Under the pieces are notes generated by a model. It searched no databases and was not told the origin of the DNA. It saw nothing but the letters and a program-made list of their open reading frames with translations. A program made the position numbers and the translations under genes. 64,000 bases of DNA, from NCBI GenBank assembly GCA_951406725.2, contig OX597839.1, positions 40,796,001-40,860,000 of the forward strand, in the 5' to 3' direction. Origin of the DNA: Octopus vulgaris. Lineage: Eukaryota. Numbering within the stretch: the stretch's first letter is position 1; each line of letters begins with the position of its first letter. Shown here one piece after another: positions 37,963 through 51,222 of this stretch.

Positions 37963-38487
37963 CTCAAACACACACACACACTCAAACACACACGCACACT
38001 CAAACACACACACACACTCAAACACGTACAAACGCATACACACATATGTTCGACCTCGATGTTATTACTCCCTTCTTTTCTCTCTCTCTCTATCCCTCTC
38101 TCCCTCTCACCCAATACTTCATCACATACTCTCCTCCCCTACATACACACATAAGCACGGCATACACACTTGCATATACACACACCCATACACACAGCCA
38201 GAGTGAAGATACAGCATCGTTCGCTTTTCATCTAATTATCACTCTTTCTCTCTCCTTCTTTTTTCACTCCCTCTCTCTCTCTTTCGCTCTCTCTCTTTCG
38301 TTCGCCCGCTTTCTCTTTCTTTCGCCCTCTCTCTCTTTTCATTCGTTCCCTCTCTTTCTCTCGCTCTCTCGCTTTCTCCCTCTCTCTCTCTTTCGTTCTC
38401 TTTCTTTTGTTTTCTTTCTTTTGTTCTTTCTTGTCTTCCTTCCCTTTCTCTCCCTCTTCCTCTCCCTTTCTTTCACTTTCTTTCACG

Positions 38488-38520
<33 letters not shown>

Positions 38521-39819
38521 TTTGTTCTCTCTCTTTCTTTCGCTCTTTCACTCTTTCTTTCGTTCAATTTCTTTCTTTTGCTCTCTCATTCTTTCGCATC
38601 CTCTCTCCCTGTCATTCGTTTTCTCTCTCTCCTTCGCTCCCTCTCTCTCTTTCACTCTCTCCTTCTCTTTTTCTGTCTCCTCACTTTCCCGTCCTTGCTC
38701 CAACTCTCAAACTCTCCTTTCTTCTTGTACTTCTCCTCTCCTACAAGTTCTTTTCTCTCTTCTTCCTCACCTCTTTCCCTCTAACTCTCTCTCCTTCCAC
38801 GTCCCCACTTTCCTTCTCTAGCTCTTTCTCACTCATTTTCCTTGCTCTTTCGCTCCTCCTTACTTTCTTCCTCTCTCTGCTTACTCCCTCACCCTTACTC
38901 TCTCGCAGCAACTCCCAAAGCTCTTTTCTCTCCTTCTCTCTGTCCTACTCCACTTTCTCTCAAGTTCTTCTCTCTCCTTCCACTGCTCCTCTCTCCTCTT
39001 ACCCTTCCTCTATCCTCTAGCTCTCCTCATTAACTCTCCACCTCATAATCCCCCTCCCTCAATTATCTTCCTCCCTCTCTCTATCCATCTCCACCTCCTA
39101 CTCCTTCATCATAGCTGTATGATATTATTAGTTCAAATTTTGCAGTCAAATCCGGCCGAGTCCATTGACAGCGTCACATCAAAGGGAACCATAATTTAGA
39201 ATTCAGTGGTGGCGGTCATGGTGGAAGCTAGAGGACAGATGATAGCAGTGGTTGTGATGATAGTGTTAATGGCAGCGGTGTTATACTGAGCGTGGTGAGG
39301 AGATGGTAGTGAAGCTGTTTAATTGCAGAATAGCCAGTTCGTGGTGGTGGTGGAGGTGGTGGTGGTGGTGGTGCAGGTGATGATAGTGGTGGTGGTGTTG
39401 GTAGCGGTGGTGGTAGTGATGGTTGCAGGGGTGGTGGTGGTGGTATGTATGCAGTGGTGATGAGAGTGGTGGTGGTGGTGGTGGTGCAGGTACTAGTTGT
39501 GGTGGTGTAAGGTGGTGGTGGTGGTGTAAGGTGGTGGTGGTGGTGTAAGGTGGTGGTGGTGGTGGTGGCGGTGGTGGTGCAGGTGATGATAGTGGTGGTG
39601 GTAGTAGTGTCATTGGTGGTGGTGTTGCAGGTAGAAGTGGTGGTAGTGCAGGTAATGATAGTGGTGGTGGTGATGGTGATGGTGGAGTTGGAGGTTACGA
39701 TGGTTGTTCTTGTGGTGGCGATTGCAGTAGCGGTGATGAGGTGGTAGTGAGACTGTTAATTACAGAGGTAGTAATTCCCGCAAATGATAGCGGTGATAAT
39801 GATGATGATGATGATGATG

Positions 39820-39857
<38 letters not shown>

Positions 39858-40015
39858 GGTGGTAGTGGTGGTTATGGATACTGTGGTAGTAATGGTTGTG
39901 GTGGTGATATTTGTAGCGGTATTGGTTATAGTTGTGATAGCTGTTGTGGTATGAGTGATGATTATTCTGGTTCTGGTGGTGGCGGTGGTGGTGGTGGAGG
40001 TATCAGTGATGATGA

Positions 40016-40052
<37 letters not shown>

Positions 40053-40087
40053 GGTGGTGGTGGTGGTGGTGATGATGATGATAATGT

Positions 40088-40148
<61 letters not shown>

Positions 40149-40200
40149 GATGATGATGATGATGATGATGATGTCGACGACGACGACGACGACGATGATG

Positions 40201-40232
<32 letters not shown>

Positions 40233-40460
40233 GATGATGGTGGTGGTGCTGGGGGGATGGTAGTGGCTGTGGTGTTGCTATGGTGAGGGTCTTTACTGTT
40301 GTTGGTGGGGATGGAGATAAGGATGGCGTTGATTCTCGTGTTGGTGTGATAACGGTAGTGGTGGTGTTGGTAATGGTGGGGACAACGGCGGTGGCGATCA
40401 AAGGTGTCGTCGTCGTTGTAGTCGTCGTCGTCGTCGTCGTCGTCGTAGTAGTAGTAGTAC

Positions 40461-40498
<38 letters not shown>

Positions 40499-40673
40499 AT
40501 AGTAGTAGTATCGGTAGTAGTTTGGGGGTGTATTATTTTGGTGGTGCTAATAAGGTGGATATATGTAGAACTTTCTACCTTAAACAAACATCCTGGAATA
40601 GATTATAAGTGGACAGAGAATTATATATGTGTGGGGGTGGGTATGTATATTTATATACATACATATATGTATA

Positions 40674-40712
<39 letters not shown>

Positions 40713-41008
40713 GTATATATATATGTATGTATGTATATATATATATATATGTATATGTATACATATATATTAATATATGTGTGTGTGTGTGTGTGTATAT
40801 ATATACATGTATATATATGCATGTATATATATGTATATATATATATATATATATAATATATATATATGTATGTATATATATATATATATGTATGTATATA
40901 TATGTATATATATATATATACATGTATATATATATATGTATGTATGTGTGTGTATGTATATATATATGTGTGTATATATATATATATGTATATATGTATA
41001 TATATATA

Positions 41009-41061
<53 letters not shown>

Positions 41062-41104
41062 ATATATGTGTGTGTATATATATTTTTATATATATATATA
41101 TATA

Positions 41105-41164
<60 letters not shown>

Positions 41165-41784
41165 TATAGTTATAGTTATAGTTTTCAAAGACACTGCTAA
41201 TAACTACTGCTTAACTATATTTCTGTTTGTGTGTCTCATAACGAAGCGTCTAGCTCGACAGGTTAAATATAACAGAGGTTATTTTTATTTGAAGTCATTT
41301 TGGCGGTTCCATTGTTTACATTTTTCCGTCTATGAAAAGCTGTGCTTTGCGGGAGAAGTTGTCGCATGGTGGAACTGAACCTGAAACCACATGGTTGCAA
41401 AGCAAGCTTTATAACCACACGACCATGCTTGAAGACGAATGAAGCGAAAGAAAGAACACGTTTCGCTATGGAAGATGACGAAAAAATAAAGAAAAGAAAA
41501 GAAAAACAGACAGAAAGAAAGAATAATGATTAATTAAACTAATGAAAGAATAAATAAGATAATTAATTAATTGAGTGATTGATTGATTGGCTGCTTAATG
41601 AAATAAAGCTTAATTAAAAATGGATTGTGAATTTATACTTATGTTTAGCATACAAAAATACATAAAGATTAAAATCGGAATGAAAAGTAGGAGGCGAATG
41701 AAAGAGAAGAAATGTGAAGAAGGAAAAGAAAGAGAACGATAATTAAGTGGATTGAAAACAGGAACTGCTCGAAGGAAGAAATGT

Positions 41785-42209
41785 GGATGGAAGGAAGGAA
41801 GGAAGGAAGGAAAGGAAGAAAGGAAGGAAGGAAGGAAGGAAGGAAGGAAGGGAGGAAGGAAGGAAGGAAGGAAGGAAGGAAGGAAGGAAGGAAGGAAGGA
41901 AGGAAGGAAGGAAGGAAAGAAGGAAGGAAAGGAAGGAAGGAAGGAAGGAAGGAAGGAAGGAAGGAAGGAAGGAAGGAAGGAAGGAAGGGAAGGAAGGAAG
42001 GAAGGAAGGAAGGAAGGAAGGAAGGAAGGAAGGGAGGAAGGAAGTGAGGAAGGAAGATTGGAAAGAAGGAAGGCAAGAAGAAAAAGAAGAAGAAGAAGAA
42101 GAAGAAAAGAAATAAATAAAGAAAGATGGAAAGAATAAAGGAAAGAGGAAAGCAAGGAACGAAGGAACGAAGGAAAGGAAGAAGAAAAGAGAGAATGAAG
42201 GAAAGACGA

Positions 42210-42246
<37 letters not shown>

Positions 42247-43130
42247 CGAGAAAAAACAAGAAAGGAAGGAAAGGAGGGAAGTAAAGGAAGACAGCAAGGA
42301 AGTAAGGTTAGAAAGAAGGAAGGCAGGAAAAAGAAGAAGAAAAAAAGAAAGAGAAGAAGAAGAAGAAGAAGAAGAAGAAGAAGAAGAAGAAAAAGAAGAA
42401 GAAGAAGAAGAAGAAAAGAAAGAAAAAAGAATGAATGAAAGTAAGGAACTAAGGAAAGGAAGAAGAAAAGAGAGAATGAAGGAAATACGAGAAGAAAGAA
42501 GGAAGTGAGGAAAAAAAAGAAAGAAAGGGGGAAAGAAAGACAGAGAGAAAGAAGGTAAGTGGAAAGGAAGGAAGGAAGGAAGGAAAGAAAGATGGAAGGA
42601 ATGAAGGAAGGAAAGAATGAAAGAAAGAAAGAAGGAAAGAAAGGATAAAGGAAAAAAGAAAAGACAAGGAAAGCAGGAAAAGAAACAAACAAGCAAATAG
42701 AGAAGGAAGGAAGGAACGAACGAACGAACGAAAGAAAGAGCGAAGAATGAGTTTTGAAAGGAGGAAAATGAGAATAAAATAACTGAGAAGGAAACGAACA
42801 ATGGGAAAAGTACAATGGAGAGAAAAAAGTTTGAAGCATCAACAATACTTGAATAATGAATGAGATTTTTTTCTTCATGGAAAGAATAAAAGAAAAAGAA
42901 AAAGAACGAAAAGAAAGAAAGTTAAAAGAATGAAAGTAAAGAGAAAAAAAAACAAGAGATGAAAATGAACGAAAAGCAGATGGCATAAAGGTAAACAATG
43001 AAAAAATAAGGAATCAAATAAGAGAAAGGAAATAAAAGGAAAGAGTTGGGGAAACGAAAAAAAGTATGGCGAACGAAAAAGGCAACAGAAGCGGAAGTTG
43101 AGAAGAGAGATTAAAAGAGTGAGAGAGCGG
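41785..43130. repeat. Homopurine (GGAA)/(GAA)/(GAAA) tract
   Basis: Read directly. A comparable tract lies at 59765-60210. Confidence 0.9.
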
Positions 43131-43197
43131 AAGTAGTGCAGAAAACGGTTCTTGTCGTATAGACTAACATGTGCGATTGTGTGCGTCTGCGTGTGTG

Positions 43198-43238
<41 letters not shown>

Positions 43239-43343
43239 GTGTGCGTGCTTGCGTGTGTCTGTGTGTCTGCATGTGTATATATGCATATATACACGTGTAT
43301 AGATACATGAAGATATATATATCAATATGTAAATAGATAGATG

Positions 43344-43407
<64 letters not shown>

Positions 43408-43449
43408 CACATATATATACGTATAATACACGAAATATATGTACACATA

Positions 43450-43492
<43 letters not shown>

Positions 43493-43512
43493 CATACATA
43501 CGCATGTACATA

Positions 43513-43636
<124 letters not shown>

Positions 43637-44114
43637 TTCATGACTAACGGTGATTTACGTTCCTGCAGGTGCAAACAAAAACAACGAGTGAACCTGAATA
43701 GAGTGGCTTTTCCTATCGGAAGCTGGTGGACATTCACGTTCGGCCATTTTGTTTTTTCATTGCATTCGCTTTCATGACCTCCATCACCATGTGGTGCGTG
43801 CGTGATCGTGCGCGTGCACGAATACGTACCTATGTGTGTGTGTTTGTGTGTGTGTACATATATAATACATTATGTATATATGTATATATATATATGTATG
43901 TATGTATATATATGTATGTTTGTATGTATGTATATATATATATATATATACATAGATATAGATATATATATATAGAGAGAGAGAGAAAATGAGAGAGAGG
44001 AAGATTCGCATATATATGTATATAAATAAATTTATATATCGAGAGAGAGACGTATATACATGTGTAAGTTATATATATGGATGGATGAATAGGATATATA
44101 TATATATGTATATA

Positions 44115-44160
<46 letters not shown>

Positions 44161-44387
44161 TAATTAATCAATATAGGGTGGCAAGGAAAATTTTGTAGAA
44201 TTTTTTTGCCACCAGCGGCCAGTGGGAAAAAATTAAATAGTCATAGACCATTTTTAAGTTCAACATTAACAATTAAGGAACGGCCATAATAGGCCATTCA
44301 CCCACTAGAAATAACAGCCAAAGCTTCTACCGCAAATAAAGATCAATTCCGTAAACAGGAGAAAATTAAAAAAACATTTACCCTGTA

Positions 44388-44494
44388 ATTTCTTGTACGG
44401 TATACCGTTTCATCTGCTGTTTAATGGTAAACTAACCTGATTAAATTAAATCAAGCCAATCTTCCATAAGCCCTCAGATTCTTCAGCAAGAAAT
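44388..44494 (-). ncRNA. Type I hammerhead ribozyme (copy 1, inverted arm)
   Basis: Reverse complement of 44809-44915. Confidence 0.85.
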
Positions 44495-44808
44495 AGCTCA
44501 AGTCGGAACAGATATTTACACGAGGCATACCCAATCCTGCCAAGGCAATATCTGACCTAAAATTTTCAAATCGTCGCACTCGCGCCAAATTTATCGGCAG
44601 CAAATAAATCGTCGATTCCATTACGGAATTAACCAAAAAATTCATAATTAATCAATTATGAATTTTTTGGTTAATTCCGTAATGGAATCGACGATTTATT
44701 TGCTGCCGATAAATTTGGCGCGAGTGCGACGATTTGAAAATTTTAGGTCAGATATTGCCTTGGCAGGATTGGGTATGCCTCGTGTAAATATCTGTTCCGA
44801 CTTGAGCT

Positions 44809-44915
44809 ATTTCTTGCTGAAGAATCTGAGGGCTTATGGAAGATTGGCTTGATTTAATTTAATCAGGTTAGTTTACCATTAAACAGCAGATGAAACGGTA
44901 TACCGTACAAGAAAT
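44809..44915 (+). ncRNA. Type I hammerhead ribozyme (copy 2), predicted cleavage after A44907
   Basis: Stem I ATTTCTTG/CAAGAAAT (8 bp). Core CTGAAGA 44817-44823. Stem II ATCTG...CAGAT with a long hairpin insert. GAAAC 44892-44896. Stem III AC-GG-tata-CC-GT. GUA cleavage triplet. Confidence 0.85.
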
Positions 44916-45291
44916 TACAGGGTAAATGTTTTTTTAATTTTCTCCTGTTTACGGAATTGATCTTTATTTGCGGTAGAAGCTTTGGCTGTTATTTCTAGTG
45001 GGTGAATGGCCTATTATGGCCGTTCCTTAATTGTTAATGTTGAACTTAAAAATGGTCTATGACTATTTAATTTTTTCCCACTGCCGCTGGTGGCAAAAAA
45101 ATTCTACAAAATTTTCCTTGCCACCCTATATTGATTAATTATGAATTTTTTGGTTAATTCCGTAATGGAATCGACGATTTATTTGCTGCCGATAAATTTG
45201 GCGCGAGTGCGACGATTTGAAAATTTTAGGTCAGATATTGCCTTGGCAGGATTGGGTATGCCTCGTGTAAATATCTGTTCCGACTTGAGCT

Positions 45292-45398
45292 ATTTCTTGC
45301 TGAAGAATCTGAGGGCTTATGGAAGATTGGCTTGATTTAATTTAATCAGGTTAGTTTACCATTAAACAGCAGATGAAACGGTATACCGTACAAGAAAT
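45292..45398 (+). ncRNA. Type I hammerhead ribozyme (copy 3), predicted cleavage after A45390
   Basis: Same sequence as 44809-44915, 483 bp downstream. Confidence 0.85.
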
Positions 45399-45516
45399 TA
45401 CAGGGTAAATGTTTTTTTAATTTTCTCCTGTTTACGGAATTGATCTTTATTTGCGGTAGAAGCTTTGGCTGTTATTTCTAGTGGGTGAATGGCCTATTAT
45501 GGCCGTTCCTTAATTG

Positions 45517-45551
<35 letters not shown>

Positions 45552-46034
45552 ATATATACATATAGATGCATATAGATACCTATATATATGTATGTATGTA
45601 TGTATGCTGTATAAGTATACAAATATATATTCATCTATTACTAGTAGTAGTAGTAGTAGTAGTAGTAAGAGGAGGAGGAAGAAGAGGTAGTGGTGGGGGA
45701 GATGAGGAGGGGAGGAGGAGATGGAGGAGAAGGATAGGAGGATGTGGTTGTAGTGGTGGTGGTGGTGGTGGATGACGACGACGATGATGATGATGTTGAC
45801 GTTCATGTTACTGTGTTGTTATTATATATGCGCGTATTTACTTGGTTCCTTTATTTTATTTTATTCCATTCGTTGTTTCCGTGTTAAAGGCGATACTGGA
45901 CGATGATGGACAAGTGATTAGGACCTTGGAAGGATAAAGGGGCCACAAGGAGTGATTGTGGCAGTTTGAATGGTGGGAAGAGGAGAGAGGTGGGGTAGAA
46001 GGAGGAAGGAGCGGGGGAGTAGAAAAAAGAAAAC

Positions 46035-46449
46035 GACGACGAAGAAGAAGAAGAAGAAGAAGAAGAAGAAGAAGAAGAAGAAGAAGAAGAAGAAGAAGAA
46101 GAAGAAGACGAAGAAGAAGAAGAAGAAGAAGAAGAAGAAGAAGAAGAAGCAGAAGAAGAAGAAGACGAAGAAGAAGACGAAGAAGAAGAAGAAGAAGAAG
46201 AAGAAGAAGAAGAAGAAGAAGAAGAAGAAGAAGAAGAAGAAGCAGAAGAAGAAGAAGAAAAGAAGAAATGAAGAAGAAGAAAAGAAGAAGAAAAAAAGAG
46301 AAGAAGAAGAAGAAGAAGAAAAAGAAAAAGAAGAAGAAGAAGAAGAAGAAGAAGAAGAAGCAGAGGAAGAAGAAGAAGAAGAAGAAGAAGAAGAAGAAGA
46401 AGAAGAAGAAGAAGAAGAAGAAGAAGAAGAAGAAGAAGAAGAAGAAGAA
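46035..46449. repeat. (GAA)n of about 400 bp
   Basis: Read directly. Confidence 0.95.
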
Positions 46450-46800
46450 TTTCATGGCTACTGGATCAAAAGATTTGGTGAATGTCATGCACGAATCGTT
46501 GCGTAACTCGACGCCTTGTTAAATGCCGACCAAGGAACACCAGATTGGTTGACATTGGGTAGGACAGTGCTGTGCCAGAAAAACACCGAAAAAGGCAAAA
46601 CGGTAGACAAGTACAGATCGATATTCTGTTTGCCACTTCTATGGAAGTTATTGACTGGAATGCTCGCAGAGTCAATGTACGAACATCTGGAGAGAAAAAA
46701 AATGGAGTCCTGCCACATGAGCAGAAGGGTTGCAAGCGTAAGTGCAGAGATACCAAGGATCAACCCCTGAGAGATAAAACTGTACTCAGAGACTGCAAGA
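46448..46800 (+). pseudogene. Dong/R4-clade non-LTR reverse transcriptase fragment
   Basis: HGYWIKRF...TPDWLTLGRTVLCQK...DKYRSIFCLPLLWKLLTG...HLE / VLPHEQKGCKRKCRDTKDQ.LRDKTVLRDCK, covering the RT domain 0-2 region. Contains a stop and a frameshift. Confidence 0.75.
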
Positions 46801-46821
46801 CGATGATGGAAAGTAATTTAG

Positions 46822-46922
46822 AGGAAGGGATTAAGTCGATTACATCGACCCCAGTGCGTAACTGGTACTTATTTAATCGACCCCGAAAGGATGAAAGGCA
46901 AAGTCGACGTCGGCAGAATTTA
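46822..46922 (-). mobile_element. SINE family A fragment
   Basis: GGATTAAGTCGATTACATCGACCCCAGTGCGTAACTGGTAC...GGATGAAAGGCAAAGTCGAC. Confidence 0.8.
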
Positions 46923-46963
46923 AATATAATAATAATAATAACAACAACAACAACAACAACAAC

Positions 46964-47039
<76 letters not shown>

Positions 47040-47062
47040 TTAATAATAATAATAATAATAAC

Positions 47063-47266
47063 TCAGATACTAGGAAACCCCAAAATGGCAGAAATTCAAA
47101 AGATAGTGGTCATGGGAACTGCTCATATCCTACGCAAAATACTCTCTATGTAATCTCAAGGTTTAATACAAACTTCTTTTTTTTTTTATTTAGTTATTAG
47201 ACATTCACTAGTACAACACCAAAAAAAGAAAAAAACTTATGGCATACTAGGCATAACAACAACGTG
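47063..47266 (+). mobile_element. Dong/R4-clade 3' end inserted in (TAA)n
   Basis: GNPKMAEIQKIVVMGTAHILRKILSM* (LQKxxLLGTAxILR-type C-terminus) plus a short UTR, with (TAA)n on both sides, which is the known Dong target. Confidence 0.7.
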
Positions 47267-47425
<159 letters not shown>

Positions 47426-47975
47426 TGCAGTACCAGGCAGTGGCTCTCATGGCTTCTGATCTTAACTGATTGGAAGTGTTATCATGTACATTGTTTTGTC
47501 TTGGTATAAAAGATGGGCTACAGCAAATATTCTGCTCAATACCACAGATTTGCTTGTCAGTTGTTTGACCTTAACCAGTTGAGCATGTCCCTTAGTGGCT
47601 GACGATATGTGCATCTCTGATCACGAGCAGAAGTAGTGGGGGAGCATCATAGCCATGTGTTGAGAAGGATTCTTTGGGGTTTGAATAATTCACCTCTGGA
47701 AACATGGGTGTTTCGTTCAACGTCCTTAAACAACCCTTATTCAGGGACCTTTTGAGCGGGATGGGTTACTCGATCTGAAGAAAATTCTAACTGGTCTCCA
47801 CCTGCAAGGTCATGTGCTGTTCATCTTGATATGAGATCACCATGTCGCGCACATATGGTTGTGATGCATGTGCCTGGTGTACCCTTATCAGACGGGTAGT
47901 CATGATGGGTATACTGGGCTTCGTATATTTTACCCCAGTGTCACTTTGATGGCATTTACTGCTCGCTCACTCAAT
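47426..47975. mobile_element. Unclassified insertion of about 550 bp embedded in (TAA)n
   Basis: Complex, higher-GC sequence with sharp boundaries against (TAA)n on both sides and no long ORF. Confidence 0.4.
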
Positions 47976-48074
47976 AATAATAATAATTTTGTAGTCCGTT
48001 AAGATTTTTGTCTTTTTTCAAGAATCTAATCTGTTGTGTGTATATGAAAATAAAAAAATTTATTATCATTATAA

Positions 48075-48253
48075 TCCTTTCTACTATAGGCACAAGGCTT
48101 GGATTTTGTGGGGAGGGGGGACAGTTGATCACATCGTCTCCAGTACCCAACTGGTACTTAATTTATCGACCTGAAAGGAGGAAAGGCAAAGTCGACTTCG
48201 GCCGGAAATTGAACTTCGCTCAACGTGCTAACGATTCTGCCAACTGGCCGCCT
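48075..48253 (-). mobile_element. SINE family A (diverged)
   Basis: ACTGGTACTTAATTTATCGACCTGAAAGG...CTAACGATTCTGCCAACTGGCCGCC. Confidence 0.75.
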
Positions 48254-48256
48254 TAG

Positions 48257-48963
<707 letters not shown>

Positions 48964-49201
48964 GCTGGTCTTTTATATCATTAATAAATGCAGCTAAATT
49001 CTAGCTTCGTTTATTAATGTATTATACGTTTCAAAAATATAAAAATTCATACTTTACATATTTTCTGTAATATTTTCAAGTTTTCGCTGCTGCAAAGTAA
49101 AATTGATAATAATATAAAATATTATATCACGATGTATTGGCAGGAGATTGCAAGTATGTGTGTTGACGAGTGTTCGTGTGAGAGAGCGTTGCATATATAC
49201 A

Positions 49202-49270
<69 letters not shown>

Positions 49271-49331
49271 AGAGAGGTGGGGAGATAGATATATACATAG
49301 ATATATAGATACATGCATACAAATACGCACG

Positions 49332-49364
<33 letters not shown>

Positions 49365-49693
49365 GCATATATATTCATATATATATACACACATACATAT
49401 ATATATGCGTGTGTATATATATATGTGTGTGTATATACATATATAAATATATATATATACATATATATATATACATATACCTACATATGTATATATACAT
49501 AAATATATCTATGTATATATATACTATGTGTGCATATATATATATATATATACGCACACACATTCCGAGAGATGGGTAGATATTGATATATATACACATA
49601 TATATATATATGTATATATGCATATATATATATGTGTGTATGTATATGGATATGCATATATACATATATGAATATATATACATACATATATAC

Positions 49694-49763
<70 letters not shown>

Positions 49764-50252
49764 GTATTTATGTATAAACACGTATACATAAGCATACGTT
49801 CCTCTGAAATTTCTATTAAACTTTATACACTGATATTAACTTTTATATTGTATTAAATAAATAAAATCTTTCACAAAAATTTAAATTTAAATAACGAGAC
49901 TAAACATACGAACATGAAATTAAAATTGTTTGGAGAAAATGTAAACCTATTAATTTAAATAATCATAATAATGTTCTGAAAGCAAGACACAGATGGGGTG
50001 TGCATTTTGATAAATGCGATAATATATATAATCTTGAGTTGTAAATATGATGTTATTGAATAAATTACTTGCAAGGACTCACCTCAAAGGAAATGTTTAA
50101 CTATGCGTTATTATTTAAGATATAGAGTTATATGAATAAGATATATGTATGCTTATATATGTATATATATATATATGTGTGTGTGTATGTGTGTGTGTGT
50201 GTATGTGTGTGTCTGTGTCTGTGTGTGTATATATATATATACGTAGACAAAC

Positions 50253-50286
<34 letters not shown>

Positions 50287-51169
50287 GGAGACAGAGAGAG
50301 GAGAGGGAGATATACATATGCATATATATATATACACATTTATATTTCTGATATACCTGAATGTATGCATACATGTGCGTGTGTGCGCGTGTATGCATAT
50401 ATGCATGTATGAATGTATATATCTATATATATATATATATATATGTATGTATACATATATATGTATGTATGTATGTGTGTACGTATGTATGTATGTATGT
50501 ACGTATGTATGTATGTATTACGTATGTGTGTATGTATATGTGTGCCTTTAATATACCGCAAGATCGCTTGAGAGAGAAAGAGAGAAAGAGAGAGAGAAAG
50601 TTGGCGAAATTAAGACATAATAGAGAAAATATATGGTTGAATTTAATAAAAATAATTAATGAAAATATAAATATTAAAACGACGTCCTCATAACAGAAAT
50701 AAGAGTATTAATAATTTGCATAAATAAATGGCTCCAATATTGGCTTAAAAGTTACTCAAAATTTAATATAAAGATATTACTTGAAACCACTATATATTAT
50801 ACATGTTATATGTAATATATTTATGTGTGTGTGTGTATTTTATGATATAATATATTAGAAATACAAATGTATTATTAGGTGACAAATACAATGAGACTAT
50901 AAAGTGATTTTGTGAGAATTGTAATCAGATTTCATGTTCATTTGATGTAAGTAGTTTAATTTCGATGCGATGGCTTTGCAATAAAACGAGCGGGTTTTTT
51001 AAGGTTACGTCTCGTGCAACAAGTGCTAGAGGTCGTCTTTTCTGTTGTAACGTAGATACAGATCAAACGCAATCGACATAACGTCACCGTCCCACCGGGA
51101 CGAGAAGTCGATAAACGTAATTTGCGAAGTCAAACCGCCAAGAATCGCTGTCATTGTTTTCGATAGAAG

Positions 51170-51191
51170 AGAATGTCGCCGTCGTTGTCGC

Positions 51192-51222
<31 letters not shown>

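Larger units (their letters stand above)
44156..45521. mobile_element. Candidate non-LTR retrozyme insertion: concatemer of a 483-bp hammerhead-containing unit (one inverted copy plus about 1.8 tandem copies) inside a (TA)n tract
   Basis: 44156-44649 is the reverse complement of 44654-45146 with one 1-nt indel. 45141-45521 repeats 44658-45038 at a 483-bp period. (TA)n lies directly on both flanks, and each unit contains a hammerhead. Confidence 0.8.

Noticed and set aside
43660-43800. Possible exon after the TTCCTGCAG acceptor
   Set aside because: Weak polypyrimidine tract, no recognisable peptide and no clear donor.
44658-44852. 64-aa ORF present three times, considered as a protein-coding gene
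   Set aside because: The repetition reflects the repeat unit. It has no recognisable homology and overlaps the ribozyme core.
44156-45146. Interpretation as a MITE or foldback DNA transposon with long TIRs
   Set aside because: The right arm continues as a tandem copy beyond the palindrome and the two ends fall at different unit positions, so there are no fixed termini.
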